A stretch of 64,000 nucleotides of DNA from Candidatus Pacebacteria bacterium GW2011_GWA1_46_10 (GCA_001002135.1 LCLP01000002.1:2520-66519), one strand, 5' to 3'; shown: positions 1-9,927, counted from the stretch's first letter. The notes: generated by a model from the letters alone, not told the origin. Translations and numbers: made by a program.

Positions 1-46
1 TCCATCGGGACAACTGGGGTTAGATGATAAACTAATAAGCCATAAT

Positions 47-118
47 GGCCCCATCGTCTAGCGGTTAGGACTCCGGGTTTTCATCCCGGCAACTGGGGTT
101 CGATTCCCCATGGGGTCA
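47..118 (+). tRNA. tRNA-Glu (anticodon TTC)
   Basis: Cloverleaf read by eye: acceptor ggcccca/tggggtc, 3-bp D-stem, anticodon stem ccggg/cccgg with loop ttttcat (anticodon TTC), T-arm tgggg-ttcgatt-cccca. CCA is not encoded. Confidence 0.75.
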
Positions 119-124
119 CAACAA

Positions 125-580
125 TTATTCTTCAACATCTAAGGCGGAACTCTCCACCACACTTTCTTTAATAAAAGTTTCACCTGCCATAGCTGTCATC
201 AGTGCCAAGGTAAGGGCATTTCGCCTCCGTTCATAGTCATAGCCACCATAGGACAGAGCAATCGTATCGATAAAAGTGCCTAAGACAAAGTCAGAGAGTT
301 GGCGGGCTATTGCTGACTCATTTTCCGTTGCGAAACTACTGTTCCAAGTTTGTATAAGTTGTTTTAACGAAATTTGATCTCTAGACCCTCTAGATCCTTT
401 GTTTAAGATAGCTATGGAGACATCTTCAGGAATTGGTTGAACATTAAATACACACAATAAAGCGCGTATATGAGCAACAATTGGAGCTTCGTTCAAAGAA
501 CCTTCTGGTTCAAGAGCTGAAGTTACTGGCTCATCAAGTGGTCTTTCCTTTAGAGAAATGTATTTTTGCTCTTTTGACAT
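125..580 (-). CDS. hypothetical protein (151 aa)
   Basis: Clean ORF with coding-like composition. No motif recognised. Confidence 0.4.
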   Translation of the reverse strand: MSKEQKYISLKERPLDEPVTSALEPEGSLNEAPIVAHIRALLCVFNVQPIPEDVSIAILNKGSRGSRDQISLKQLIQTWNSSFATENESAIARQLSDFVLGTFIDTIALSYGGYDYERRRNALTLALMTAMAGETFIKESVVESSALDVEE

Positions 581-723
581 TCCGTTGTCTCCTTAATTTT
601 TATTGATACAAAATGATATAAAATAATACAAAAGTTACCTTTATGTTCTACCCTATAATTATTAAATTGTCAATTAGTTCAGCTTCTCTTGTTAAGTAAC
701 AAACACAGGGTTTTGCGCATTAA

Positions 724-1923
724 CTACCAAACAAAAATCCCATCATCAATTATTACCAGTTCTTTTTGAGGTGTAGAGTCATCGAGCGATTTTGCCGTTA
801 CTTGCACTGGCTCTGTTGATACGAAATCAACATGAAGCGGCGTTGCTCTACCACTAAACCCACGTGCTGCTAGTTCCTCATCATTTGTTGAATCTCCAGT
901 GTAAGTATCTGGGTAACACCTACCCAAAGCCAAATGAAAACCACCCATATTTTCGTCATACAACGTATTAGCTGTAAAATCACTAATATTAGATAAAGTT
1001 TTATCGGTAAAAGCCAACTCGCCAACAATATTACAGCCATTAGTACCAATCAATCCATTTAGCTCTTCTAGACCCTCTTCTGCAGTGGCCTCAGTTACCA
1101 CTCCATTAACAAAAACTAATTTAACTCCTTTGAGAACCTTGCCATTTAAAATTCTCGGAGTATTAAAATAAACATAGCCATTCACTGATCGGTAATCTGG
1201 TGAAGTCCAAACTTCAAAAGAGGGCATGTTGATTGTACTGCCACCATTCCATCTTCTGTTTTCTCCTACTTGGACAGTCAAATCTGTACTTTTATTTTTG
1301 ATCTGAAACTCAACGTTTCCTAGTTTATCTAATTTTTCTCTATTAAACTTAATACGCTCTTGTATTTCTTTCCATTTCTCAACAGGGTTAAGTTCATTAA
1401 GATAGCATGCTGCAATCACAACCTCCCATAATTTTTCTAAACTAATCCCAGCCAAATCAGCTTCTTCTTGAGTTGGAAAACGACAAAGTGTCCATGCAAA
1501 ATTTCCTTCAGCCTCTCTATTTGCCCGTATTTCTCTTATTGGGGTTTTTCCCTCGCTATAAATCCTTATTTGTTCTTGTGTTATACCTTCAAATTCATCT
1601 TGTGGGTAAACTGGCGCCACTTGAATAAGGTGATTTATTTCTTCTTCTCGAGCTAATGATGAGTTTGACAACCACTGCACTTGCTCTTCATTTCCCCCTT
1701 CAAGTAAAACGTGAATCATTCCCGGAGTAAAAGGGGAGTCTATTATCAATGCCCCTACTTTGGTTGCTGCTCTTGAAAGTTCAATAGCCAATGGTAAAGC
1801 AATGCCAGAACCATAGCTAATACTCACTACCTCACCAGCTTTAACTCCTTCTCCGCCTCCCGCAGCAAAATTAACCATTAAGTCTGCGTATTTGCCAAGA
1901 ATTTCTTGGTTCAGCTGATGCAT
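724..1923 (-). CDS. aminopeptidase, peptidase M29 family (AmpS / aminopeptidase T-like)
   Basis: 400-aa ORF. Overall similarity to thermophilic-type M29 aminopeptidases (GGGEGVKAGE..., NGKVLKGVKLVFVNG..., HLALG). Start placed at the internal ATG (MHQLNQ); the track ORF extends to 1971. Confidence 0.6.
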   Translation of the reverse strand: MHQLNQEILGKYADLMVNFAAGGGEGVKAGEVVSISYGSGIALPLAIELSRAATKVGALIIDSPFTPGMIHVLLEGGNEEQVQWLSNSSLAREEEINHLIQVAPVYPQDEFEGITQEQIRIYSEGKTPIREIRANREAEGNFAWTLCRFPTQEEADLAGISLEKLWEVVIAACYLNELNPVEKWKEIQERIKFNREKLDKLGNVEFQIKNKSTDLTVQVGENRRWNGGSTINMPSFEVWTSPDYRSVNGYVYFNTPRILNGKVLKGVKLVFVNGVVTEATAEEGLEELNGLIGTNGCNIVGELAFTDKTLSNISDFTANTLYDENMGGFHLALGRCYPDTYTGDSTNDEELAARGFSGRATPLHVDFVSTEPVQVTAKSLDDSTPQKELVIIDDGIFVW

Positions 1924-1970
1924 ATTTAGTTTTTTCTTCCTTAATAAATGTTGCGGAAGGGCTAAGGGCA

Positions 1971-2309
1971 CTAGATCTGCATATAGTGAAGATTTACAAA
2001 AGTTTTAGTATCGGTTGCTATTACTGAAGCCCAAGCATACCAATTCACTTCGCCGCTTTTGGGTTCAGTTCTAATAGGAAGAGTCATTCCCAACTCTTTT
2101 TCCATTGACTCCAAAACCCGATTAAATCCTTCATCTGTTCTAAGAGCAGCAATTGAAAGCAGTTCATATTCACTCAGTTCGGGAGCTTCTTCTTCAAGAT
2201 GTTTCTCACTCAACGCGACAATAAGTCCATTTTCCAACCTCACACCAGCTTTGACAGTCCCGCTCGGAAGAACAACTTTTTCCAAATGAACTTCTGAAGA
2301 TTGCAGCAT
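1971..2309 (-). CDS. hypothetical protein (112 aa)
   Basis: ORF only. Same strand as neighbours, consistent with an operon. Confidence 0.35.
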   Translation of the reverse strand: MLQSSEVHLEKVVLPSGTVKAGVRLENGLIVALSEKHLEEEAPELSEYELLSIAALRTDEGFNRVLESMEKELGMTLPIRTEPKSGEVNWYAWASVIATDTKTFVNLHYMQI

Positions 2310-2318
2310 ACCAACTTT

Positions 2319-2552
2319 CTAGGCAGCGGTTTGATTTCTACGATTATTTTCTTCGTATGCTTCTGCCTCATCCAAATCTTTTTGCTTGAGTGCAATCTCT
2401 TCCCACCACTTCAATCTCAAGTCGTTTTTTGATTCAGATGAAAAATTAGGAGACGTCAGCGACATTATAGGGATTTGGTTGATTCTTTCCCTAATTTTCT
2501 CCTCACTTCTGCCGCTCGGCTTATAACCTTCTGGAGTATTAAGTCTTGCCAT
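2319..2552 (-). CDS. hypothetical small protein (77 aa)
   Basis: ORF only. Confidence 0.25.
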   Translation of the reverse strand: MARLNTPEGYKPSGRSEEKIRERINQIPIMSLTSPNFSSESKNDLRLKWWEEIALKQKDLDEAEAYEENNRRNQTAA

Positions 2553-2645
2553 TTTGCCCTTCAGTTTAACATATTTAATACATAAATATATATACTAGTG
2601 AATCAAATTTTTCAATATTAGTTACATAAGCTAAGTAAAAAGAGC

Positions 2646-3062
2646 TCATAGAGAAAACCCGCTTTTAATTAAATTCTCCACTGATAAAAACAGTGGCTTG
2701 GGTAAATTGTCCCACTCAAACCACTTCCACTCAACACACTTTTCCGGCTCCATGGCCCTGGGTTTACCTTTAGCAGTGCACAGCACAAAGAGGGTAATGT
2801 AGTGTTTGTTTTCTTTGACAAAAAAATCGTTGGTGTAGGGTCCAAGTTCAACGTTTTCGATCTCGAGACCGGTTTCTTCCAACACCTCCCGTCTAGCACA
2901 GTCTTCAACAGTTTCCATAAACTCCAGGTGACCGCCAGGCAGGTGCCAAGTACCAGTGCCATGCGAGGTCAGGCGCTTGCCAAGTAGAATTTTCCGGTCG
3001 CGGATAATCATTACCGCCACCCCGACTTGTGGTTGAGTAGAGTATTGTGTCGTCATGGTCAT
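2646..3062 (-). CDS. NUDIX hydrolase
   Basis: Nudix box GGHLEFMETVEDCARREVLEETGL (GX5EX7REVXEEXG). Confidence 0.8.
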   Translation of the reverse strand: MTMTTQYSTQPQVGVAVMIIRDRKILLGKRLTSHGTGTWHLPGGHLEFMETVEDCARREVLEETGLEIENVELGPYTNDFFVKENKHYITLFVLCTAKGKPRAMEPEKCVEWKWFEWDNLPKPLFLSVENLIKSGFSL

Positions 3063-4186
3063 GAAATTTTAGCACGCAGGGCTTGGGTGACCATCCGCCG
3101 GAGTGGCAGTAAAACCCCGAACTGAGTAACCGCCATCACCAGCGGCACCCATTTCAAAGCTCCTTCCAGCGAAATCGACACCATCACCAATAAAAATACA
3201 ATTGAGAGACTGCGACCAAGATTAAACATCAGTTCATTATCCAGCACTACCGCATAATCCGCTTCTCCGTCCAGCACACCGTCCTCGCCGTCCATAATTT
3301 CCATAATCACCGTGTAACTGGCGCTCCAGCGAATCGGACTGACAATCATCACTGTAATCAGATAAACAGCCGCACCAAGCCACGAAAACTGCCAAATGAG
3401 AAAAAGACAACTCAGTAGGTACAACACGTTGGCCAATAATACCGTTCTTGGCGCGTATTTGATGTGTGTTTTGCGACCCAAAATATACATCACTCCAGCA
3501 GCTAGTAGCGCCGCCACCGATTGTAGAGTCCCTAAAATGCCTTCCTTGCTACCAAAGTAGAGAATCAGTGAGGCCGGCAAAAAGAAATTAATACCCCACA
3601 TTAGGTTAAAGAGCACGTTAAACAACCTGACTTGCCGCCAATGCTTGGATGGTTTACTCATAAATAACTTTTTTGGTATAACGCGCGGCATTGGGAAAAC
3701 CGCCACCAAACTGCCGCTTACGGTCAGCGACAAAAGCGCCAAGCCCAATAACACTTTGTAGGCTGACTCAGCGCTATACAGGTCAAGCTTCTCACCCGAA
3801 ACGATCAGCCACCCAATCACGATTGGCGCAATCACCTGCAGCAACAAGTTAACCACGTAATACAAATGATTATAAAAGCTACGGTTCCTGCCATGACTCA
3901 GTCGAAAATCCAGCGAATTGCGGTTACCCCAGAAAAAACCAGAGGCAGTCCCATACAGCGAACCATAGATAATCACGGATAACGGCGTCAACACCCCACT
4001 AAAAATCGCCAATGCCGAACCAATACCCTGCAATACCGTGCCAAAGAAATACAGATATTTGACATGAATTTTTCGCAACAGCAAACCGTTGGCAATAAAG
4101 CCAATCGGCAGACCAAGCACCCACCCCAAGTTATATAACCCGATTAATGTTACGTCACCACTCTGGCGCCAAAGAAAAGTATTCAT
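3059..4186 (-). CDS. polytopic membrane transporter (MFS-like)
   Basis: About 10-12 predicted TM segments with MFS-like glycine-rich loops. Start placed at MNTFLW (4186). The track ORF extends to 4285 through a 9-A homopolymer run (4211-4219), so the N-terminus is uncertain. Confidence 0.45.
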   Translation of the reverse strand: MNTFLWRQSGDVTLIGLYNLGWVLGLPIGFIANGLLLRKIHVKYLYFFGTVLQGIGSALAIFSGVLTPLSVIIYGSLYGTASGFFWGNRNSLDFRLSHGRNRSFYNHLYYVVNLLLQVIAPIVIGWLIVSGEKLDLYSAESAYKVLLGLALLSLTVSGSLVAVFPMPRVIPKKLFMSKPSKHWRQVRLFNVLFNLMWGINFFLPASLILYFGSKEGILGTLQSVAALLAAGVMYILGRKTHIKYAPRTVLLANVLYLLSCLFLIWQFSWLGAAVYLITVMIVSPIRWSASYTVIMEIMDGEDGVLDGEADYAVVLDNELMFNLGRSLSIVFLLVMVSISLEGALKWVPLVMAVTQFGVLLPLRRMVTQALRAKIS

Positions 4187-4372
4187 AAAAATACTGAGGA
4201 TTGGATCAGCCACCAAAAAAAAAGGCGTACGACAACAACATCCGGCGTAAACCCTCACCAAGCGCTTGAAAGTGATCAAGCTCAATCGCCATGCGGTGAC
4301 TCAAAAAGTTCATCAGACAGAATTATACGAGCAAAAACCCAGAAAATCCTCGTAATTCTGGTCTTGCCCCGT

Positions 4373-4378
4373 TATAAT
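4373..4378 (+). promoter_or_regulatory. candidate -10 box (TATAAT) for the tRNA-Cys/miaB/miaA transcript
   Basis: TATAAT lies 16 nt upstream of the tRNA-Cys 5' end. No good -35 is seen. Confidence 0.35.
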
Positions 4379-4394
4379 CCACCTATCATCATTG

Positions 4395-4470
4395 GGCACG
4401 GTACCAGAGTGGTCTAATGGCGAGGTCTGCAAAACCTCCGTTCGTGGGTTCGAATCCCATCCGTGCCTCC
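4395..4470 (+). tRNA. tRNA-Cys (anticodon GCA)
   Basis: Acceptor ggcacgg/ccgtgcc, anticodon stem gaggt/acctc with loop ctgcaaa (GCA), T-arm gtggg-ttcgaat-cccat, discriminator U73 (the Cys identity element). CCA is encoded; its A is the A of the miaB ATG. Confidence 0.8.
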
Positions 4471-5625
4471 ATGAAGCAGAGTTACTTTATTAAAACCTTC
4501 GGTTGCCAATCAAATAAAAGTGATTCCGAGCGAATTGCCGGCGACTATGAAGCACGCGGGTATGTGGAAGCGGACAGCTGGAAAAATTGTGATGAACTAG
4601 TTATCAACACCTGCGCTATTCGTCAGCGAGCTGAGCACCGAGCTCGTGCCTTTATCCATAATGTTGTCCAACACTACCAGCTGGCCAAACAACCACGACC
4701 CAAAATTATCTTCACCGGCTGTATGCTCCATCACGGCAAAAACAAGATTATGGAGATGATTCCAGTCATCGATGAAATCTTGCCGGTCAATGAAGTGGGT
4801 TTTAACCAAGCCGCCATACGCCGAGATAAAAAACACGCTTGGGTGCCGATCTCGGCCGGCTGTAATTCATTTTGCACTTACTGTATCGTGCCCTACTCAC
4901 GAGGGAGAGAACAGTCCCGCAGTCTGGATGAAATCATGGCCGAGGTGAAAGATTTAGTCGATCAAGGCTACACCGAGATCACTCTTTTAGGCCAAAACGT
5001 TAATTCTTGGGGCTTGGAAAAAGTTGGCATTGGCCTGCGCAAACTCTTTATGAGCGGTAAACCAATCACCCGCGAGATGCTACCCTCCAACACTTCACAG
5101 TACTTCAAACCTAAAGGGACACCGCCTTTCGTCAAACTCCTGCGTAAAATCAGTCAGTTTGACCAACTCAAAACCATCCGCTTCATCAGCGCCAATCCGT
5201 GGGACTTCCACGATGAGCTGATCGACGAGATCATCAACAACCAAAAAATCGATCGCTACGTGCATTTGCCGATTCAATCGGGTAGCAACAGTGTCTTACA
5301 CCGGATGAACCGCGGCTACAAAAAAGTTGACTATTTACGCATCGCCAAGAAACTGAAGGCAGGCGATCCATCTATTGTGCTGGGGACCGATATTATTGTT
5401 GGCTTTCCTGGCGAAACTGAGGATGAGTTTCAAGAAACCGTGGATGTTGTGGAAAGCACCCAGTGGAAAGTCGGTTTTGTGGCCATGTACTCACCACGCC
5501 CCGGCACCGCCGCTGATCGGCTGTATGAGGATGATATCCCACACGTCATCAAAAAACGCCGCTGGGAGATTTTGGACGAAATCATTAATAAAAATAATCT
5601 GCACCGTCGACCAAAAGTCGTTTGA
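4471..5625 (+). CDS. miaB: tRNA methylthiotransferase, MiaB-like radical SAM
   Basis: N-terminal MTTase motif IKTFGCQSN. Radical-SAM cluster CNSFCTYC. Located immediately upstream of miaA. The 18 N-terminal codons of the track ORF overlap tRNA-Cys and are discarded. Confidence 0.8.
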   Translation: MKQSYFIKTFGCQSNKSDSERIAGDYEARGYVEADSWKNCDELVINTCAIRQRAEHRARAFIHNVVQHYQLAKQPRPKIIFTGCMLHHGKNKIMEMIPVIDEILPVNEVGFNQAAIRRDKKHAWVPISAGCNSFCTYCIVPYSRGREQSRSLDEIMAEVKDLVDQGYTEITLLGQNVNSWGLEKVGIGLRKLFMSGKPITREMLPSNTSQYFKPKGTPPFVKLLRKISQFDQLKTIRFISANPWDFHDELIDEIINNQKIDRYVHLPIQSGSNSVLHRMNRGYKKVDYLRIAKKLKAGDPSIVLGTDIIVGFPGETEDEFQETVDVVESTQWKVGFVAMYSPRPGTAADRLYEDDIPHVIKKRRWEILDEIINKNNLHRRPKVV

Positions 5626-5628
5626 GTA

Positions 5629-6585
5629 ATGAAAAAACCTTTAGTCTTTTCCGTCGTCGGCCTGACCGCCACCGGCAAAACTGCTTTCGCCCTCCAACTG
5701 GCCGAGCATTTGCTTGACCAAGGCAAACAAAAAGTAATTCTCCTTGCCGCCGATTCCAAACAAGTTTTCCAAGGCTTGGAAATTCTCTCCGGCGCTGATA
5801 TCCCCAGTGATTTTCAACCCGCCAAGCAAGCTGAGTATCTTTACCCCTATTTCGTCAACACTAACCAACCAATCGAACTGCATGGAGTGGCTTGCGTTTT
5901 CGGCGATGCCGATTGGTCGGTCGCTCACTTTCAACGACTGTTTGAAAACCTGTATGGTCACGCGGACGGGCAAACGGCAATTGTTGTCGTTGGCGGCACT
6001 GGACTCTATCACCAGCAGATTTTCTCCCCAGCCGAAACCACTGCTATCAAACCAGACCTTCAGTTGCGCCGAAAACTTGACTCGCTCCCACTCAAAGAAC
6101 TCCAACAACACCTACAAACTACTTGGCCGGCACGCTGGAAACAAATGAATAATTCCGATCGAAACAACCAGCGCCGTCTCATTCGAGCGATTGAAGTCTC
6201 TCTAGCAGAAAAACCAATACCACCAACCGTCGGTGTTAGACCAGTTGCTCAATTTGGTTTGCAGCTGTCAATGAAACTGGTTGAGACCAAGATCGCTAAG
6301 CGAGTTGACCAACGGCTCAAACAAGGCGTAATTCAAGAAGTTAGGCAGTTTGAAAAAAAATATCGCACCAATGCTATCCAAGCCAAGGCTACTCTTGGCT
6401 ACCAACTGATCCTGAAGTACCTCAGTAAACATCTCACCCTCGATCAACTCAAAGCAGCCTGGACTCTCGAGGAAATTCAGTACGCCAAGCGCCAGCAAAC
6501 CTGGTGGCAAAAGCGCGCCGGTATCGAGTGGCTCTCAGCCGACAAGATTGATTTTTCCACCTTAAAAAGCTATAATTTCTCCTGA
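5629..6585 (+). CDS. miaA: tRNA dimethylallyltransferase
   Basis: P-loop GLTATGKT at the N-terminus, IPT-family length and layout, adjacent to miaB. Confidence 0.85.
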   Translation: MKKPLVFSVVGLTATGKTAFALQLAEHLLDQGKQKVILLAADSKQVFQGLEILSGADIPSDFQPAKQAEYLYPYFVNTNQPIELHGVACVFGDADWSVAHFQRLFENLYGHADGQTAIVVVGGTGLYHQQIFSPAETTAIKPDLQLRRKLDSLPLKELQQHLQTTWPARWKQMNNSDRNNQRRLIRAIEVSLAEKPIPPTVGVRPVAQFGLQLSMKLVETKIAKRVDQRLKQGVIQEVRQFEKKYRTNAIQAKATLGYQLILKYLSKHLTLDQLKAAWTLEEIQYAKRQQTWWQKRAGIEWLSADKIDFSTLKSYNFS

Positions 6586-6586
6586 A

Positions 6587-6933
6587 ACGCACAACCGGGC
6601 AATGGCTTTACACTTTAATTTCTGACTCTATCGGAAAAAGAAGTTATAAAGAGGAAAGTCCGGACAGCAGAGTAGACGGTGCCCCGTGAAAGCGGGGGAT
6701 CCCCGATAAAATCGGGGAGCCAGTTAGAGTAACAGTGACGATGCGGGTGGCGCCGCGTGAAACGACCAAGCGACTGGGTGCCTAGGGTGGCGACAATCCT
6801 CCCGGCTGCAACGAGCGACCTTGACCTGAATGGACCTACTCCCTATATCTTGCTTAGACAGCAAGAGACGGTCATCAAGCCTCGGCTAAGATAAATCTTG
6901 CTTAAACAGAATCCGGCTTACGAGTTGTGCGTT
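6587..6933 (+). ncRNA. rnpB: RNase P RNA (bacterial-type)
   Basis: Universal P4 strands GAGGAAAGTCCGGAC (5') and ACAGAATCCGGCTTAC (3'). P1 pairing between cgcacaac (6588-6596) and gttgtgcg (6924-6931). No ORF in the region. Confidence 0.75.
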
Positions 6934-6974
6934 TCTTCGTTATACTGTGGAGAGTACAGAGTGTAAAAGGAAGC

Positions 6975-7688
6975 ATGAATCCACAATTGCAAGCCTCACT
7001 TGTTTCTTCTTGGAATTATCTTTTGAACACCATCCTCAACAGCCTCGCCCTGCTGCTCCCGAAAGTAGTCGGGGCATTGACCGCATTAGTTGTCGGTGTG
7101 ATCTTCGCCAAGCTCATCCGCAGCGCGATCTATAAAATCCTCCATGCCTTAAGCTTGTCTCGTTTTGTCAACAAAACCCCGCTGCAAGTCGCGCTCCAAC
7201 AAGATAACCTTGGTCGACGGATCGAGGAAAACATTGCCAATTTTGTTTATTGGTTAAGTGTTTTAGTGGTGATTTACATTATGGTGGCCATCCTGGGCCT
7301 TAGCTCTGCTACCGTGGTACTGGAAAAAATCCTCGGGTACATTCCCAACGTCATTTCCGCCATGTTTATCTTGCTGTTTGGGATCTTGGTGGCCGGCTGG
7401 GTTGAAAATCTGGTTAAAGGAGCAGTTAGAGCGATTGACCAAAGAGCCAGCCGCATGTTGGGTAAAATCTCCGGCTACTTTGTAGTGATCTTAACTTCTA
7501 TGACGGCTTTATCAGAACTGGGCATTGCCGAAGATTTTCTCACTATCATGTTTATCGGCTTGGTCACCACCCTCACCTTAGGCTTTGGTTTGGCGCTGGG
7601 TTTGGGCGGCAAAAGTTTAGTCGAACACATCCTAGCTGATTGGTACAAAAACTTTTCGGGTAAGCCTCAAACCCCGAAGCGAAAATAA
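6975..7688 (+). CDS. membrane protein with conserved-TM-helix repeats (MscS N-terminal-like)
   Basis: Repeated TM helices resembling the MscS-family N-terminal helix (LPKVVGALTALVVGVIFAKLIRSAI). Start moved to MNPQLQ because the track ORF begins inside rnpB. Confidence 0.45.
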   Translation: MNPQLQASLVSSWNYLLNTILNSLALLLPKVVGALTALVVGVIFAKLIRSAIYKILHALSLSRFVNKTPLQVALQQDNLGRRIEENIANFVYWLSVLVVIYIMVAILGLSSATVVLEKILGYIPNVISAMFILLFGILVAGWVENLVKGAVRAIDQRASRMLGKISGYFVVILTSMTALSELGIAEDFLTIMFIGLVTTLTLGFGLALGLGGKSLVEHILADWYKNFSGKPQTPKRK

Positions 7689-7694
7689 TCCTCT

Positions 7695-8459
7695 ATGACT
7701 GCCTGGCAAGCGCTGATTTTGGGACTCGTGCAGGGTGTAACTGAGTTCCTGCCGGTCTCCAGCTCCGGACATCTCGCTTTGTTTCAGTATTGGTTCAACT
7801 TCCAAGAATCACTGCTTTTTTTTGATGTTTTTCTCCATGCCGCCAGTCTGATTGCCATTGGCTGGTTTTTTTGGCCGCACATCAAGCAACTCAAATTAAA
7901 AGACTATTGGCTACTGATAGTCGGCACCTTGCCGGCAGTGGGGGTTGGTTTGCTGTTTCAGGACACGATCGAGGCTTTTTTTAGCCTGCCGCTCCTGGTT
8001 GGCTTGGCTCTGATCATCACCGGTCTCATTAATGCTCAAAGCCAACGCTTGCTCAAAAGCTTACCAAAAGAACCCATCCCCCTGAACGAAAAAAAAGCGT
8101 TCGTGATTGGTTTTTTTCAATCACTGGCACTTACCCCAGGCATTTCCCGCTCGGGCACCACCCTCTTTGGCAGTTTTTCGCAAAAACTCAATAAGGAACA
8201 AGCCTTCACATTCACCTTTTTACTGGGCATTCCCGCTATTCTGGGAGCCAATCTTTTCCAAGTCATCCAGGTAATCACTGAAAACCAAACTCTGCCTCAC
8301 TGGTCGTTGCTACTGTCAGGCGGCGGGGGAGCGCTCATCGCCAGCCTGCTGAGCCTGGCCCTGCTTAAAAAATTGATTACCCAGTCCAAGCTTTACTTAT
8401 TCAGTTGGTATTGTTTACTGATCGGCGGCGGCGTCGTGCTGTCTCAATTAATTCGATAA
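7695..8459 (+). CDS. uppP: undecaprenyl-diphosphatase
   Basis: BacA/UppP signatures EFLPVSSSGHL and PGISRSG. Confidence 0.85.
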   Translation: MTAWQALILGLVQGVTEFLPVSSSGHLALFQYWFNFQESLLFFDVFLHAASLIAIGWFFWPHIKQLKLKDYWLLIVGTLPAVGVGLLFQDTIEAFFSLPLLVGLALIITGLINAQSQRLLKSLPKEPIPLNEKKAFVIGFFQSLALTPGISRSGTTLFGSFSQKLNKEQAFTFTFLLGIPAILGANLFQVIQVITENQTLPHWSLLLSGGGGALIASLLSLALLKKLITQSKLYLFSWYCLLIGGGVVLSQLIR

Positions 8460-9927
8460 GCCAGTGCTTCTACCACATGGGTGGTTTCCACATGTTCACT
8501 GTGTTCCAAGTCAGCAATGGTGCGCGCCACCCGCAAAACCTTTAAATAGCCGCGGCTGGAGAGGAGAAACCGACGCGCCGCCCGTGACAAAAATGCCAGA
8601 CTGCCGGCTGAATCCCGCCAAACTGCCGCAGTTGTTTGTATGACAAGACGGCATTGGTTTTTCCTTGACGTTTAAGTTGCCGCTGTTGGACCAGCGCCAC
8701 CGTTTGCCTAGCCCGCTCAGTTTGATGAAAAACTGTTTCTTGCTGCGCAAACCGCTCTGGATCGATGGACTGCATTTTCAGTTGAATGTCAATCCGGTCC
8801 AAAATCGGACCAGAAATACGCCGCTGATAGCGGCTGATCTCCCGCTCAGAACATTGACACTGCCGAGTGCTATGAAACTGATACCCACAAGGACAAGGAT
8901 TGGCCGCCGCCACTAGCATAAAGCGGGCAGGGTATTCCACGCTGCCATTCACGCGCGTAATCACCACCCTGCCATCTTCCATCGGCTGACGCAAGGCCTC
9001 CAGCGACGATTGAGAGTACTCTGGAAACTCATCCAAAAACAGGACTCCCAGGTGAGCCAGTGAGATTTCACCCGGTTGGAGGGTGTGACCACCACCGATC
9101 AGACCAGCGGTGGAAGTGGTGTGATGCGGCTCGCGAAATGGCCGCTCAACAATCAATCCTTGCTGAGCCAAACCCCGCAAGGAGTAGAGTTTGGTGACCT
9201 CGATGGCTTCCGCTTCCGACAGTGGCGGCAAGATACTGCGCATGGCTCGAGCCAGCATGCTCTTGCCAGCACCAGGCGAGCCGATCAAGAGCATATTATG
9301 CCGCCCGGCCGCGGCAATCTGAATCGCTCGCTTGGCTTGCTCTTGACCAACCATCTGACCAAACACGTCATCAGTTGACCGGCTAAATTGAGGAGAATGT
9401 GTACTCAGTAATGGTTTAATTGGCCTGGTAGCAAATCCCAACAACTGCCTCAGATGCTCGATCGGATACAGGGTTAACCCTCGAACTACTGCTACTTCTT
9501 GGCTATTCTCTCGAGGGAAAAAAATTCGCTTCACTCCCATTTCCTTGGCAGCCAGCACCATCGGAAACAGGCCTCTAACTGGCTTGAGGCTGCCATCCAG
9601 TGACAATTCCCCAAAAAACATCGCCCGATCAGTGTCCCAAGTTAGCTCCCCATACATTTTAAGCAAGCCCACAGCGATGGCTAGCTCGAGAGCACTGCTG
9701 GTTTTCTTGACTTCGGCCGGAGCCAGATTAACGATGGTGCGAATACTCCTGACGCGAATGCCGCAGTTTGTCAGAGCGGAAGAAATCCGTTCCTTGGCTT
9801 CATCAATGGCTTTATTGGGCAAACCAATCACAATCAAGGCTGGTTGACCTCGAGTACCATCGACTTCTACCTCAACTTTCGTGGCTTTCAACCCGGTCAT
9901 GACCATAGAAGTGCAACTGGCAAACAT
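8447..9927 (-). CDS. comM: Mg-chelatase-like AAA+ ATPase ComM/YifB, with an apparent frameshift near the 3' end
   Basis: YifB/ComM N-terminal Lon-like domain and Walker A GSPGAGKS. The canonical C-terminus ([19 protein letters not shown]...EALAYRIN) is read in a different frame from about 8625 downward; the frame switches near the run cccgccaaa. Confidence 0.7.

Noticed and set aside
3059-4285. Programmed frameshift at the 9-A homopolymer (4211-4219) within the N-terminal extension of the membrane transporter ORF.
   Set aside because: The downstream ATG at 4186 gives a complete transporter. The homopolymer more likely lies in the 5' region or reflects ORF-caller over-extension.
4417-4470. 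N-terminal extension of the miaB ORF (MARSAKPPFVGSNPIRAS...) given in the ORF track.
   Set aside because: These codons are the body of tRNA-Cys. The genuine MiaB N-terminus (MKQSYFIKTFGCQSN) starts at 4471.
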